A DNA stretch of 64,000 nt, from assembly GCA_041665625.1 (NCBI GenBank), contig JBAYIK010000003.1, positions 2,967 to 66,966 of the forward strand, given 5' to 3'. Of the stretch, positions 1 to 10,500 are shown piece by piece (the stretch's first letter is position 1; each line of letters begins with the position of its first letter). The position numbers and the translations under genes are program-made. This DNA comes from Minisyncoccota bacterium. Its GTDB lineage: Bacteria > Patescibacteriota > Minisyncoccia > Phycocordibacterales > XYD1-FULL-46-19. Below the pieces are notes generated by a model. That model saw nothing but the letters and a program-made list of their open reading frames with translations. It had not been told where the DNA came from and did not search any database.

Positions 1-692
1 GCGAATAGTAATTCAACAAATTTAGGATGGGAGCGAGAGAGACGGAGGTTAATACCACGAGGAGTTTCCTCTACTTGATAGAGATAAGCTCGGATTCTTT
101 CTCCTGGGCGATAAAATTCACCGGGAATCTGGTCGTCACGCAAGAGGACACCAACCGCTCGGCCAAGATCAACAAAGACGGTTCCGCGGTCAACTTTTTG
201 GACTGAACCACTAAGGATTACGCCAACTTGATCTTGGTATTCACCAAGGGTACTCTCTTTCTCTGCTTCACGAAGGCGTTGGATAATGACTTGTTTGGCT
301 GTCTGGGCAGCAATACGGCCATAATCATCCTTGGCTTCTAAAGGAAAGACGATCTCATCGCCAACCTGGGAGTCCTTCTTGATCTTACGGGCATCGGCAA
401 CGGTTATATGGTGCTCGGAGTTGAACTTAGGACGTTCGTCTTCGTCATCTTCGCGTTCCTCATCTTCCATGCGAGCAGTGGTCTCGTCGGCCACAATTTT
501 TACTTGGTAGAAACTAGTAACGCCAGTGTCCAGGTCGAATTTGGCCCGGATAATTTGACCCTTTTTGCCGTAGTCTTTTTTATAGGCCGCGACAAGGGAA
601 TCCTCAATAGCGGTGAGGATTTTCTCTTTGGGGATATGCCTTTCCTCTTCCATTTGTTCGAGGCCGGCACGTAGTGCTTTAAGATCGATCAT
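1..692 (-). CDS. nusA: Transcription termination/antitermination factor NusA (5' part; runs off window start)
   Basis: Manual minus-strand translation from ATG at 692: MIDLKALRAGLEQMEEERHIPKEKILTAIEDSLVAAYKKDYGKKGQIIRAKFDLDTG...DYGRIAAQTAKQVIIQRLREAEK..., the NusA N-terminal and S1 domains. Not in the ORF track because it is truncated. Confidence 0.95.
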   Translation of the reverse strand, partial: MIDLKALRAGLEQMEEERHIPKEKILTAIEDSLVAAYKKDYGKKGQIIRAKFDLDTGVTSFYQVKIVADETTARMEDEEREDDEDERPKFNSEHHITVADARKIKKDSQVGDEIVFPLEAKDDYGRIAAQTAKQVIIQRLREAEKESTLGEYQDQVGVILSGSVQKVDRGTVFVDLGRAVGVLLRDDQIPGEFYRPGERIRAYLYQVEETPRGINLRLSRSHPKFVELLF

Positions 693-910
693 ATAATTTA
701 ATTTTAGTCTCGCCGAGCGAGATATTATTAATAATAAAATTGGGTAAAAAAATGGTCCGTTGGGACACAACAGACTACTACATTAATAGTAAACTTTTTT
801 TATAATATGTCAACTTATCAACAGCCCTAAGGCCATTTTGGGTTGTTATGTGCTTAGTTATTAAGATATAATTAGGGCATCTAATTATTAGTCTCTAAAT
901 TTATTTATAT

Positions 911-1225
911 ATGAAGTCTTCACCAGAAAATTTTGTTGCGAGAGCCGGCAAGCGCCCCTTGGGTCTCATTGTTGCCGTTGCTGTTGTTTTGATTATTATA
1001 ATTATTCTGGTGATCTTGTCAGGCAAAGGTTTTCTTAAATCTCCAGCTGATTTAAACCAAAGCGGGGTCCTGACTGATACTCAAAAAATAGAGGCCCTCC
1101 AAAGTCTTCCCATGGGTGAGGCTCCTATCTCTGATGCCGAGAAGATAAAGGCACTCACTGATCTTCCCCTGGTCCAAGATTCTATCTCTGATGCCGAGAA
1201 GCTCAGAGCTCTAAATAGCCTATAA
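911..1225 (+). CDS. Small single-pass membrane protein with three short helical repeats (xSDxEKxxALxxL)
   Basis: N-terminal hydrophobic helix; 20-nt direct repeat CTATCTCTGATGCCGAGAAG at about 1125 and 1182; similar in design to 7047..7412. Confidence 0.75.
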   Translation: MKSSPENFVARAGKRPLGLIVAVAVVLIIIIILVILSGKGFLKSPADLNQSGVLTDTQKIEALQSLPMGEAPISDAEKIKALTDLPLVQDSISDAEKLRALNSL

Positions 1226-1250
1226 ATTTATTATTAACTATTTTATTAAA

Positions 1251-3656
1251 ATGATTACAAAAAATTTAAAATTGTTCGTTCTCGTCTTCTTCTCAGGAAT
1301 TGCCCTGTCTTTAAGTCTGGTAGTAATGGCTATTGATATCCCAGCAACTCCTCCTGTCAGTACTCCCCCCCATTGTGATCCTGCTGTCGATGGCCCTGGT
1401 TGTTATTCTCCTGTCAACGTTAGTGCTGTAACCCAAAATAAGCCAGGCAAATTGCAGTTGGGCATATTGTATTTGAACGAAGGCTTTATTCCCGGCAGTA
1501 CCCCAACCACAACTCTCAGTAATACCTTTGCCTCTATCGTTTCGGGTTATGGCTATTTGAATATTTTTGGACGAGGAACGCCGGCCAATCGTACCGTTAA
1601 GATTTGGGAGAATTTAATTGTCCCAGGCAATATTTATGCCAAGAACTATTATATTTGTTCTGGTGATGGTACTAATTGTAATCAATTTACTGGCGGAAGC
1701 TCTTATTGGGTTAAGAATGGCGAAGGAGAAATAATCACTCCTTATAAAGTGGGTATTTCTGGGGCAAATCCTAGTAGTGGCCTTGATTTGGCTATTGGGG
1801 ATCCTAATGTTGGAATTAGGGTTTCTACGACGACAGGCTTGATGTCTATATATAATGGTATTTCACGGCTGACGATCTCTTCCACCGGGGTTATCTCTGT
1901 CCCAGAGTCTAAGCCTATTATTCTCGGGGCTGGGACGTTGACTGGTCTACCGACGACTCTTGAAATCAAAGGAGTGGGAGTTACCGGCTCACGCAAGGTG
2001 ACGATTTTAGACAAAGTTTTTACAAATGAAATCTGTACTATCAGTGGCGTTTGTAATTCTGTTAGTGAGATAATCAGTGGGGTTGATAAAATTGTGGCTG
2101 GCCCTGGCGTGACTGTTTCTCCGGCTGATGGGAAGGGGACAGTCACAATTTCTTCAACGGGCTCAACGGGGTCTAGTCTTTGGACTGCGAATGGGGCTAA
2201 TATTTATAATTCTAACACTTCTGGCAATGTGGGGATTGGCGTGACTAATCCTGGAGCCAAACTTGATGTCGGTGGTGCCGGTTACTTCTCTGGCGGCCTA
2301 GTTTCGGCTGGAGGCATCAATATTATGAATAGCAAAACCCTTAAACTCGGTGATGAAACTGGTGACCAGGGTAAAATTGGAATGAAAACTTTCGCCCCTA
2401 ATAATAGCCTTGATATTGTTGGCTTTGGTTCTCTGGGAAACAGAATGATAAAACTCTGGGATAGTGTGACTATTCCCGGCTCAATTTGTGATGGAGCGGG
2501 GAGTTGTAGTCTGGTAAAAAATATTCTTGAGGGGTCTGGATTCTGGGCTAAGTCTCGTGGCACTAACAATATTTCTACCGCTTCTAATGTGGGAGTTAGT
2601 GGTGCTAGTCCTTCGGCTAGTGGTTTAAATATTGCTGTTTTTGATAACGTTGGTTTGAAATATGATTCGACGACGAAAGAATTGCAATTATTTAATGAGA
2701 AACCACGCATAATCATTGGCGGAACTGGCGATATTACTATCCCGTCAACCAAAAGACTTTGTCTTGGTGCCGACTGCCGCACTTCTTGGCCAACAGGTGG
2801 AGTAACAAGTGTTACCGCGGCTGATAGTAGTGTTCTCGTCACTCCGACAACAGGGGCCGTTACCATCAAAGCCAATCCTGCTAATAATGTCTGGACCAAA
2901 GTTCCAAGCCAATCAGAAGCTTATTATACCGGGCATATCGGTGTTGGTGGTGCCACTGACCCTGCCGTGGGGGTCTATATTGCGGTTGGTTCAAATGACG
3001 CAGGTCTTAATTGGGATGGGAATTTGAATCTTGTGACCAGTAATACGAAACGAGTAACTATTGATCCCTCAGGCAACACCACTTTTGCCAAAGTAGCTAC
3101 TTTTAATGGTGGAATTAAGATGATGACTAATTCTTATGTTGCGACCGATCGATTTCTTAAATTTGGGGACCAAACTGAAACCGTTGGTTTAATTGGAATG
3201 GAATCTTTTTCTGGGAATGGCTCTGACATTCTTGATATTGTCGGTGGCGGGGTAGCTACTCCTGCCCGGAATACTCGTGTCGTTAGAATTTGGGATAAAC
3301 TAAAAGTCAACGAACTCTGTAGCCCCGATGCTGGGACCTGTTCTACTGTCTCAAGAATAATTGATGTTATTAATAATCCTGTTGAATCTGGCTTTATCCG
3401 TTGTCATTTCTGGCCAGGTGATCCGGATGTTGTAACCGTTACTCCGGCCGGTTCCCCTAGCTGTTCCAGTTCAGGTATTAATGGCGCCGACCAGACGACT
3501 ATGCGTTGCCCAAGTGGCTACGAAGCTTTAGCCGGAGGTGTTAGTTGTGGAGGGGGAAATCGAATTGAGGCCAGTGTTATTAATGGTGATAATGGCTGGT
3601 TTGTTAATTGCAATAATAATATTGATTATTCTAATTTGACTTGCGTTAAAAGATAG
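1251..3656 (+). CDS. Large secreted surface/fibre-like protein with GNVGIG-type beta repeats and Cys-rich C-terminus
   Basis: Signal peptide, PPxCDP...GC..PVN motif, repeated W...I....VGIxG and IC...G.C units, C-terminal CPSGY..LAGGVSC...GW...C; N-terminus paralogous to 3826..7026. Confidence 0.8.
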   Translation: MITKNLKLFVLVFFSGIALSLSLVVMAIDIPATPPVSTPPHCDPAVDGPGCYSPVNVSAVTQNKPGKLQLGILYLNEGFIPGSTPTTTLSNTFASIVSGYGYLNIFGRGTPANRTVKIWENLIVPGNIYAKNYYICSGDGTNCNQFTGGSSYWVKNGEGEIITPYKVGISGANPSSGLDLAIGDPNVGIRVSTTTGLMSIYNGISRLTISSTGVISVPESKPIILGAGTLTGLPTTLEIKGVGVTGSRKVTILDKVFTNEICTISGVCNSVSEIISGVDKIVAGPGVTVSPADGKGTVTISSTGSTGSSLWTANGANIYNSNTSGNVGIGVTNPGAKLDVGGAGYFSGGLVSAGGINIMNSKTLKLGDETGDQGKIGMKTFAPNNSLDIVGFGSLGNRMIKLWDSVTIPGSICDGAGSCSLVKNILEGSGFWAKSRGTNNISTASNVGVSGASPSASGLNIAVFDNVGLKYDSTTKELQLFNEKPRIIIGGTGDITIPSTKRLCLGADCRTSWPTGGVTSVTAADSSVLVTPTTGAVTIKANPANNVWTKVPSQSEAYYTGHIGVGGATDPAVGVYIAVGSNDAGLNWDGNLNLVTSNTKRVTIDPSGNTTFAKVATFNGGIKMMTNSYVATDRFLKFGDQTETVGLIGMESFSGNGSDILDIVGGGVATPARNTRVVRIWDKLKVNELCSPDAGTCSTVSRIIDVINNPVESGFIRCHFWPGDPDVVTVTPAGSPSCSSSGINGADQTTMRCPSGYEALAGGVSCGGGNRIEASVINGDNGWFVNCNNNIDYSNLTCVKR

Positions 3657-3692
3657 TTATTGTATCTGATCTTTCTTCTTTCTAAAGTATAG

Positions 3693-3729
3693 AATCATAA
3701 AATGCCCTTCACTGGGGCATTTTATGATT
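3693..3729 (+). terminator. Intrinsic terminator
   Basis: AATCATAAAATGCCC / GGGCATTTTATGATT inverted repeat after the stop codon. Confidence 0.75.
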
Positions 3730-3825
3730 TAGGAGTGCTTTTGTGGATAAAACAATATCTTTTTTAAAATATAAGTTTTATAATGTAAACAGCTATTTTT
3801 TCTATTATTAATTATCTTTTTTAAA

Positions 3826-6800
3826 ATGATTACCAAAACTTTTAAGCTCCTCGCTCTTGTTTCCCTTTTCTGTCTTGTTGCTTTATTTAGCCAAACAGCC
3901 TTGGCCTGGGATCAACCACCCGCGGGGACGCCTCCGGCCTGTGACCCCAATGTCACCCAGGGTTGTAACCCTCCAATCAATACCGGCTCTGTTGACCAAA
4001 TTAAAAAAGGAGGGCTGACAATTAAAGGCATCGCGACGACGAGTGGAGCCTTGATGGTGAATAATAATTCTTATTTTAATTACAATACTTATCTCAATAA
4101 CGCTAAAGGCATTATCTTCAATAGCCAGGGCAAATCTGGGGCGAGTCAAACTCTTTACGGCATAATCTACGCCTCTTCAACTGATTTAGGTATCAATGGT
4201 GTTGGTACTGCTCCCAACCGCCTGGTGAAGGTTCGCGATAATCTCGTGGCTCTTGGTTCAATAACGTCACAAAGATTTTGTTTGGGGACAGACACGCCAG
4301 CAAATTGTCTGACCAAATGGCCTACTGCTGGTGTTTCTGGGGATTCTTATTGGACAAAAGTTACTGATCAAAACGAGATAATATATCCCAATGCTATTGG
4401 GGTAGCTGGGGCAACCGATCCTAATAACACCTTGGTCGGCCGAGCTGTGGATATTGCTATTGGAACGAACCTGACAGGGATAAAGGCAGATACGGCAGGT
4501 TCTCAATCCTTATCGTTAGTTACTAATGGGGTAAACCGTCTAACTATTGCTTCGAATGGAGCCCTCTCTGTTCCTGAATCGAAGCAGCTTAATCTCGGCA
4601 CTGGTGTTATAACTGGTTGGAATAATCTCGGCTACCTGGAGATTAAAGGTATCGCCAGTACAACGGTTAATACTAACTTGAATGTTCGTATCCGAGATTA
4701 TCTTACTACTAGTTACATTTGTAGCGTTGGTGGAATTTGCAAAAAAACTGAGGATATTGTTAATAATCTTGATGGCCTGTGGACTAAAATTACTGGCACT
4801 ACGAATATTAATTATAGTGCAGGCAATGTTGGGATCGGATCAATTGTTGCTTTGAATGGCACGACTAATAATAATCCAGGCTTGAAGCTTGAAGTGAGTG
4901 GTTCTAATGGCTTTCCAGCTACTAGTGGTACAGCCCAAACTGGTTCCCTTCGAATAAGTTCTGATGTTAGCCACGCTGTCTTAGATATGGGGGTGGGTAA
5001 TTTGAATGTTGGGGCTACCGACCCTAAGGCTGGTTGGCTTCAGGTTTCTAATAAATCTAGCTTGAACGCTATTCATCCATTATTCTTAAATCCTAATGGC
5101 GGTACCGTAAAAGTTCCAAGCCAAGGGATTAATGCTTTTGCTGTTGGAATGTCTGGTAATCCTGGCGAGGAAGAAGGTATGTTCACGGCAAAAACTACTC
5201 AACCTGGCATCTGGGCCGCCTCTATTACATCAGCCAATGCGAATGCTAAAGGCTTGCGAGTTTATAATCATGGTGGAGGGGTAATTGAGAATACTGCTCT
5301 CGATGTCGTTTTGTCCACAATAGGATCAGTTTTGAAGGTTGACGGCAAAGGGAATACCATCGCGCCATCTATCTTTTCTAACTCTCTAACTCTTTCTGGT
5401 GTGGCGCCAACAGACCCCGCTAACACAAAGAACGCTCTTTATGCTGTGACTGTTGGAGCAACCGGGGAAACGATAGTCCCAGGTAATCCTGGTGTGACTT
5501 ATGCAAGTTGTCGGGAATTTAGTAGTGCTAATAGCTCAGGATTTTATGACCTTTATGATACTATCCCTGAGTGTGTGGCCGATTATCCGGGCGTAGTTGT
5601 CATTGGGGCTACTCCAGAAACAACTGTTCCAGGTACTCCGGGCACGGCAAAACTTTTCTTTGATGGTAAGCCGATTGGGGATAGCGCTTGGACAGCAAAC
5701 GGTGATGATATCCAAAATAGTAATGCTGGTAACGTCTTTATCGGAGGGGCCACGATGCAAGTTAGTCGAGACAAGGTATCTATTCCTTCTTCTCAGAACA
5801 ATTCGCTTGTTGTCGGTATGCCCGGCAACTTTGGAACTGATGAAGTTGGTGTTTTTACGACCAAAACAGTTCAACCTGGTATCTGGGCCGCTTCTATCAC
5901 TTCAGCTAATGCCAACGCAAAAGGTTTAAGGGTCTACAATAATGGTGGAGCTTCCGAGAATACTGCCTTTGATGTTGCTCTTCCTTGGGGTTCAGCGTTG
6001 AAGGTTGACGGTAGAGGTGCCGTTACTATTCCTAATTGGCTCTTTGCTGGCAAAGCGATGATCGCTGGGCTCGATTTTGACAATAACTCTATTTACTTTG
6101 ATGGTGGCTGGGGTGCGAGGATTAATTCCCCGGCGATTGGAAATGGCCAATCCTTAAGATTTTATGAGGGATCTCCTAATACAAGAGAAAGATATGGGAT
6201 GATGTTGGAGAATGATCCTGTTAATACCGGGAAATCAAGACTTTTGGTTGATAAGATTTGCAATCATGATGGCTCTAAATGCATTAATATAGAAGATATC
6301 TCCGGAACAACAGGCCAAACTCCTCCTCCTCCTCCTCCAGTTGTCACCGGGGCCCCTTACATGGTTATCAATGGCTATAGTTCAAAGACTGTTCAGTATG
6401 TTGACTTAGCCAATCGAGACGTTGGGTACAGTATCACTGTCTATAATAGTATTGCTCAATGTAAAGTTCAAAGAAACGATTTGACAGGGACAGATCAGGT
6501 TATTCAGGTTTTGGGTAGCGGCGACATTGTCGTCAACGGTCACCCTGACAGTACTAATTATGGTGCTGAATTTTATTTCCCTAAACTCTGGAAGCCAATT
6601 GGAACAGCCACTGTTCTTGGCACTGCCGAAGATACTATCACCCTCTCTTGCCCTGGTTATGCACCTCAGACTATGTATGTTCGGGTGAAGCCAGCAATAA
6701 CTTCTTTAGACCTAGAATTAGCTAATAACGATAGAATCCCTCATGCGGCCTGGACGGCCACCCCGACGGGGTATGCTTCTGGTCGACAGGGGAACTGTAC

Positions 6801-7026
6801 TGTTGTCTTCTCTCAAGTAGGGGCAACAACTAATGGTGCGGCATATATCAAACCTGCCCAAACTAAAACTGGTGGAATGATCGGCGATGTTGAAGTCAGT
6901 ACTAAGGGCGCCCTTTGTCCAATTAATGATTGGAAAGAGCAGTATTGTCGAATAAGAGCGACTCTAACTTGTGAGCTTAATGGTTTGACAGTGACATCAA
7001 CAAAAGATTCTGAGAACACTTACTAG
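3826..7026 (+). CDS. Large secreted surface/fibre-like protein with internal duplication and a C-terminal domain shared with 7558..10989
   Basis: Signal peptide (AxA|W), PPACDP..GCNPPIN, duplicated unit containing QPGIWAASITSANANAKGLRVYN, poly-Pro linker, C-terminal ~220 aa ending ENTY. Confidence 0.8.
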   Translation: MITKTFKLLALVSLFCLVALFSQTALAWDQPPAGTPPACDPNVTQGCNPPINTGSVDQIKKGGLTIKGIATTSGALMVNNNSYFNYNTYLNNAKGIIFNSQGKSGASQTLYGIIYASSTDLGINGVGTAPNRLVKVRDNLVALGSITSQRFCLGTDTPANCLTKWPTAGVSGDSYWTKVTDQNEIIYPNAIGVAGATDPNNTLVGRAVDIAIGTNLTGIKADTAGSQSLSLVTNGVNRLTIASNGALSVPESKQLNLGTGVITGWNNLGYLEIKGIASTTVNTNLNVRIRDYLTTSYICSVGGICKKTEDIVNNLDGLWTKITGTTNINYSAGNVGIGSIVALNGTTNNNPGLKLEVSGSNGFPATSGTAQTGSLRISSDVSHAVLDMGVGNLNVGATDPKAGWLQVSNKSSLNAIHPLFLNPNGGTVKVPSQGINAFAVGMSGNPGEEEGMFTAKTTQPGIWAASITSANANAKGLRVYNHGGGVIENTALDVVLSTIGSVLKVDGKGNTIAPSIFSNSLTLSGVAPTDPANTKNALYAVTVGATGETIVPGNPGVTYASCREFSSANSSGFYDLYDTIPECVADYPGVVVIGATPETTVPGTPGTAKLFFDGKPIGDSAWTANGDDIQNSNAGNVFIGGATMQVSRDKVSIPSSQNNSLVVGMPGNFGTDEVGVFTTKTVQPGIWAASITSANANAKGLRVYNNGGASENTAFDVALPWGSALKVDGRGAVTIPNWLFAGKAMIAGLDFDNNSIYFDGGWGARINSPAIGNGQSLRFYEGSPNTRERYGMMLENDPVNTGKSRLLVDKICNHDGSKCINIEDISGTTGQTPPPPPPVVTGAPYMVINGYSSKTVQYVDLANRDVGYSITVYNSIAQCKVQRNDLTGTDQVIQVLGSGDIVVNGHPDSTNYGAEFYFPKLWKPIGTATVLGTAEDTITLSCPGYAPQTMYVRVKPAITSLDLELANNDRIPHAAWTATPTGYASGRQGNCTVVFSQVGATTNGAAYIKPAQTKTGGMIGDVEVSTKGALCPINDWKEQYCRIRATLTCELNGLTVTSTKDSENTY

Positions 7027-7046
7027 CAACAACTAACCTTAATAAA

Positions 7047-7412
7047 ATGGATTTTAATCAAAATTCTCCACTTCAAAATCCGCCAGAGGCAAAAATTGCT
7101 TACCCTCTAGCCGGTGATAAAAAAGGGAAAAAGAATCTTATCGTTGGCCTTATTGTCTTAGTTATAATTATTATTGTGGCCCTCATTCTTGTCGTTAACT
7201 ATAAGGGCTCTGACAAAATGAGCGTACCCGGTCTCACCGAGGAAGAGAGAAGGGCAATTGTTTATTCTTTAGAAAAAACAGCAGCGGAGGCTCCCAAAAT
7301 AACCGAGGAAGAGAGAAGGGCCGTTATTTACTCTTTGCAGGAGACGTCCAAGGCTGCTCCGGCCCTAACCCCCGCCGAGCGTCAGGACATTCTTAAATCT
7401 TTGGCTCAATAG
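7047..7412 (+). CDS. Small single-pass membrane protein with TEEERRAxxYSL repeats
   Basis: One TM helix; 20-nt direct repeat ACCGAGGAAGAGAGAAGGGC at about 7236 and 7302; similar in design to 911..1225. Confidence 0.75.
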   Translation: MDFNQNSPLQNPPEAKIAYPLAGDKKGKKNLIVGLIVLVIIIIVALILVVNYKGSDKMSVPGLTEEERRAIVYSLEKTAAEAPKITEEERRAVIYSLQETSKAAPALTPAERQDILKSLAQ

Positions 7413-7433
7413 CCGCCTAAATAAAGATCAAGT

Positions 7434-7475
7434 AAACAAAAACTCCCCAAGATAAAGAATGGGGAGTTTTTGTTT
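7434..7475 (+). terminator. Intrinsic terminator
   Basis: AAACAAAAACTCCCCA / TGGGGAGTTTTTGTTT. Confidence 0.8.
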
Positions 7476-7557
7476 GGGGATAAACGGATATCTTTTTTAG
7501 GACACAAGTTTTATAATAAGAGTATTACCATTATTTATCAATTTAATTTTTAATAAA

Positions 7558-10500
7558 ATGAACTTAAGAAAAATTTTCGTTCTTGCCCTATTTCTTTCTC
7601 TATTTGTTTTGCCGGCTTTGACGCAGGCAGCAACGACTCCTAATGTTCCTAATCCGAGCTGGACAGCTTGGGGGAGTTGCCCCGCCATCACCTCGGCTAC
7701 CGCCTGTGGTAATTTTCTGTATCGGACAAGAATTTGTACTGGCACCCGTTGTCCATCTATGCGTGTCCAGTCTAAAATCTGTGGTTATGCTCCTTGTTCT
7801 TTAGATCAAAATAAAGCGGAGTTTGTTGAGATTACCGGGGCTCCGAGTACTTCAACTCTCACTCCTCGGCAGGAGTTCGTCCTAACTGTCAAAGTGAAGA
7901 ACACTAGTGATATCTTTTGGCCTAAACAATCTACCGCCAACTTGGCTAAAAAGGCCTATGGTTATCGACTAGCTTTTGTTGATATTAATGCCGATGTTAA
8001 CGCTGATGGTTATAGCGACTACACCAACGTTTGGGATTACTCATACGGTCTGACTTTAAATCAAGATATCGCGACAGGTAGTATCGCCACTTTCTCCAAA
8101 AAAATTAAGGCTCCTTCTAAAGCTGGGACCTATACTCTAACGATGCAGATGTACCAGCAGAATCGAGGCCTTTTTGGACCAAAATCCGAAACAAAGACAT
8201 ATACGGTGGGGGGTGGCGATACCGATATCTTAGCTAACCCAACCCTCGATTCTTATGGTGACTGGGAGATAAAGACTGCGATGAAGAAGCTTAGTTGGGA
8301 TAAAAAAGCTTTTTCTTCTTCGTATGTAGAGATTTGGATGTGCCCATCCACCGTTGTCATTCCTTCTTCTGATGATTGTATTAAGTCATATGGAGGGACA
8401 GATGCTGTTAATAGCGGTTCCCGGGATATTGGGCTACCTTTAGGTGTTACCCCTGGACTTTGGAAGGTCTTCGTTACTGGTACGACAAACGGCACTGTCG
8501 GATCTGGTTTTACCCCAGTGGTAAAATTGGTTGATAATAGTGGTATCGTTTCTTTGGGAATTAGCGGTGTTGATGTTGGGGGCACAAGCTTTAATGAGGT
8601 TTCCGACATTTGGACAAGGGGGATGAGTAAAGCTGTTGACTGGGTAACTACCGGTGATATCAACCATGTTAAAATCTCAATTTGCCCAGTTGGGTTAGAT
8701 ACTTGCCTCTTAGCTAAACATAATGATGTTACTCTCGATAACGTTCTTAACGATGATGATTATTCTCCTGTCACCATTCCTTCAAATTCTACCTATACTC
8801 AAGCCAAAATTAAGGTTGAAGACAAAACTAACTCTAGCCGATTTGGTTTAAGTCCCGTCTTTACGGTGGGGAGTGCTAATGTCGTTGTCTTGGCCAACCC
8901 TTATTTTACTGACGCGAGTGACTGGAATATTACCGGCCAGACTAAGATTATTAAATGGGACCCTAAGGCCTTTAGTAATGGTGCTGGGAATGTAGATATC
9001 TGGATGTGTAAAGCTGGTGTTAATACCTTTAGCACGACAAATGGCGACTGCATTAACTCTTATTTAGGCGTACCTAACGCCGGGGAGAGACAAATTGGTT
9101 TACCTGGCAATATAACAACCGGGTATTGGAGAGTCTATATTAAGAATTCTCTCGTTGGAAACTATAATGGTGCTGGGTTTACCCCACAAGTAAGACTAGT
9201 GGGCGGTAATACTAACGTTCCTAACGGTTTTAGTGATGTTTTAATTGAAGGGGTTAGTGGTACGGCTGACAATACTTGGTATGCTGGAACGAAAAAGAAT
9301 ATTAGTTGGCGCCGTAATGGCACCATGCCTTCAATTAATCTTCGGATTTGTTCTGTTGGGGCTTCTTCCTGCCCTTCTTACTTACTTTATAATAGTGCAC
9401 AAACAAATGGCGTAAATGATGTTACCCTGCCCGATAATATTGCGCTTGCCCCTGGTGCCTATTTCCTTAAGGTTGAGAATTACGCTAACACTAACCAGTC
9501 GGCAGTGAGTGCCAACTTTACTGTGGGAGCGGCCCCTTCGGTCTTGGCTAGTCCCTATTTAACTAACACAAATGACTGGAATATTACGGGGCAGACAAAA
9601 ACTCTTAAGTGGGGAGCCTTAGCCTTTAATTCTGGTACTGGGAATGTAGATATTTGGATGTGTAAAGATGAGGCTGGCTTCAGCGCTACTAATGGTAACT
9701 GTCTCAATTCTTATTCTGGCGTGCCTAACGCTGGTGAAAAACAAATTGGTTTACCTAGCAACATAACAACTGGGTATTGGAGAGTCTATGTTAAGGGATC
9801 GAGAGGGGATAATTCAAGAGCCGGATTCACCCCAAAAATTAAATTAGTTAGTGATTCCGTCGCGACTGTCTATGGTTCTCTTCGAGCTGCTTCTAATCAA
9901 CCGTCAGTTGGGCAGGTTCGCATTGGTGCCACTAGTGGTAATGGTTGGACCAGTGATTATACTTACCCTCAGATGAATGATACTGTCTGTCCTGGTGGAA
10001 ACTGCATTGTCTCTCTTAAGACAACAAACTCGGCTTATCGCTTTGTGGCTAATAGTGGGCCTCAGACCTGCACAGGGGACGCTAACACTGGGGTAAGAGT
10101 TTGTACTTTCCCTCGTACAACTGACAATATCTCAGTCATCGGTACCTGGGAACTTATTCCTATTAATCCCCCCCCAGAGGCTACTGGCCCAACCTGGACA
10201 GCCGTAGGCTCTTGTTCCCTTCCTTGTGGTAGCGGGACTCAAACTTGGACCTGTGCTGGGACCGCCTGCCCTCGTGCTAGAGAGGTCCGATCCTGTAATA
10301 CTCAGTCTTGCCCCTTATCTGTTGCTCCATCGATGTCTATTAATGGTTATGATCAAAACCAAGTCTATGTTGATTTAAATACCAGAGATGATGGATATAA
10401 TATCTTAATTAAGAATAGCATCGTCGGTTGTTATGTGATGAGAAATGGTAACATTATTGAGCTTTTAAGTGGAGGTGATATTGCCGTGAGCGGTTATCGA

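Noticed and set aside
408-674. 88-aa plus-strand ORF
   Set aside because: Antisense shadow of nusA
1251-3656. Shufflon (invertible PilV-like C-termini)
   Set aside because: The Cys-rich C-terminus is reminiscent, but no inverted partial cassettes, sfx-like repeats or recombinase were seen
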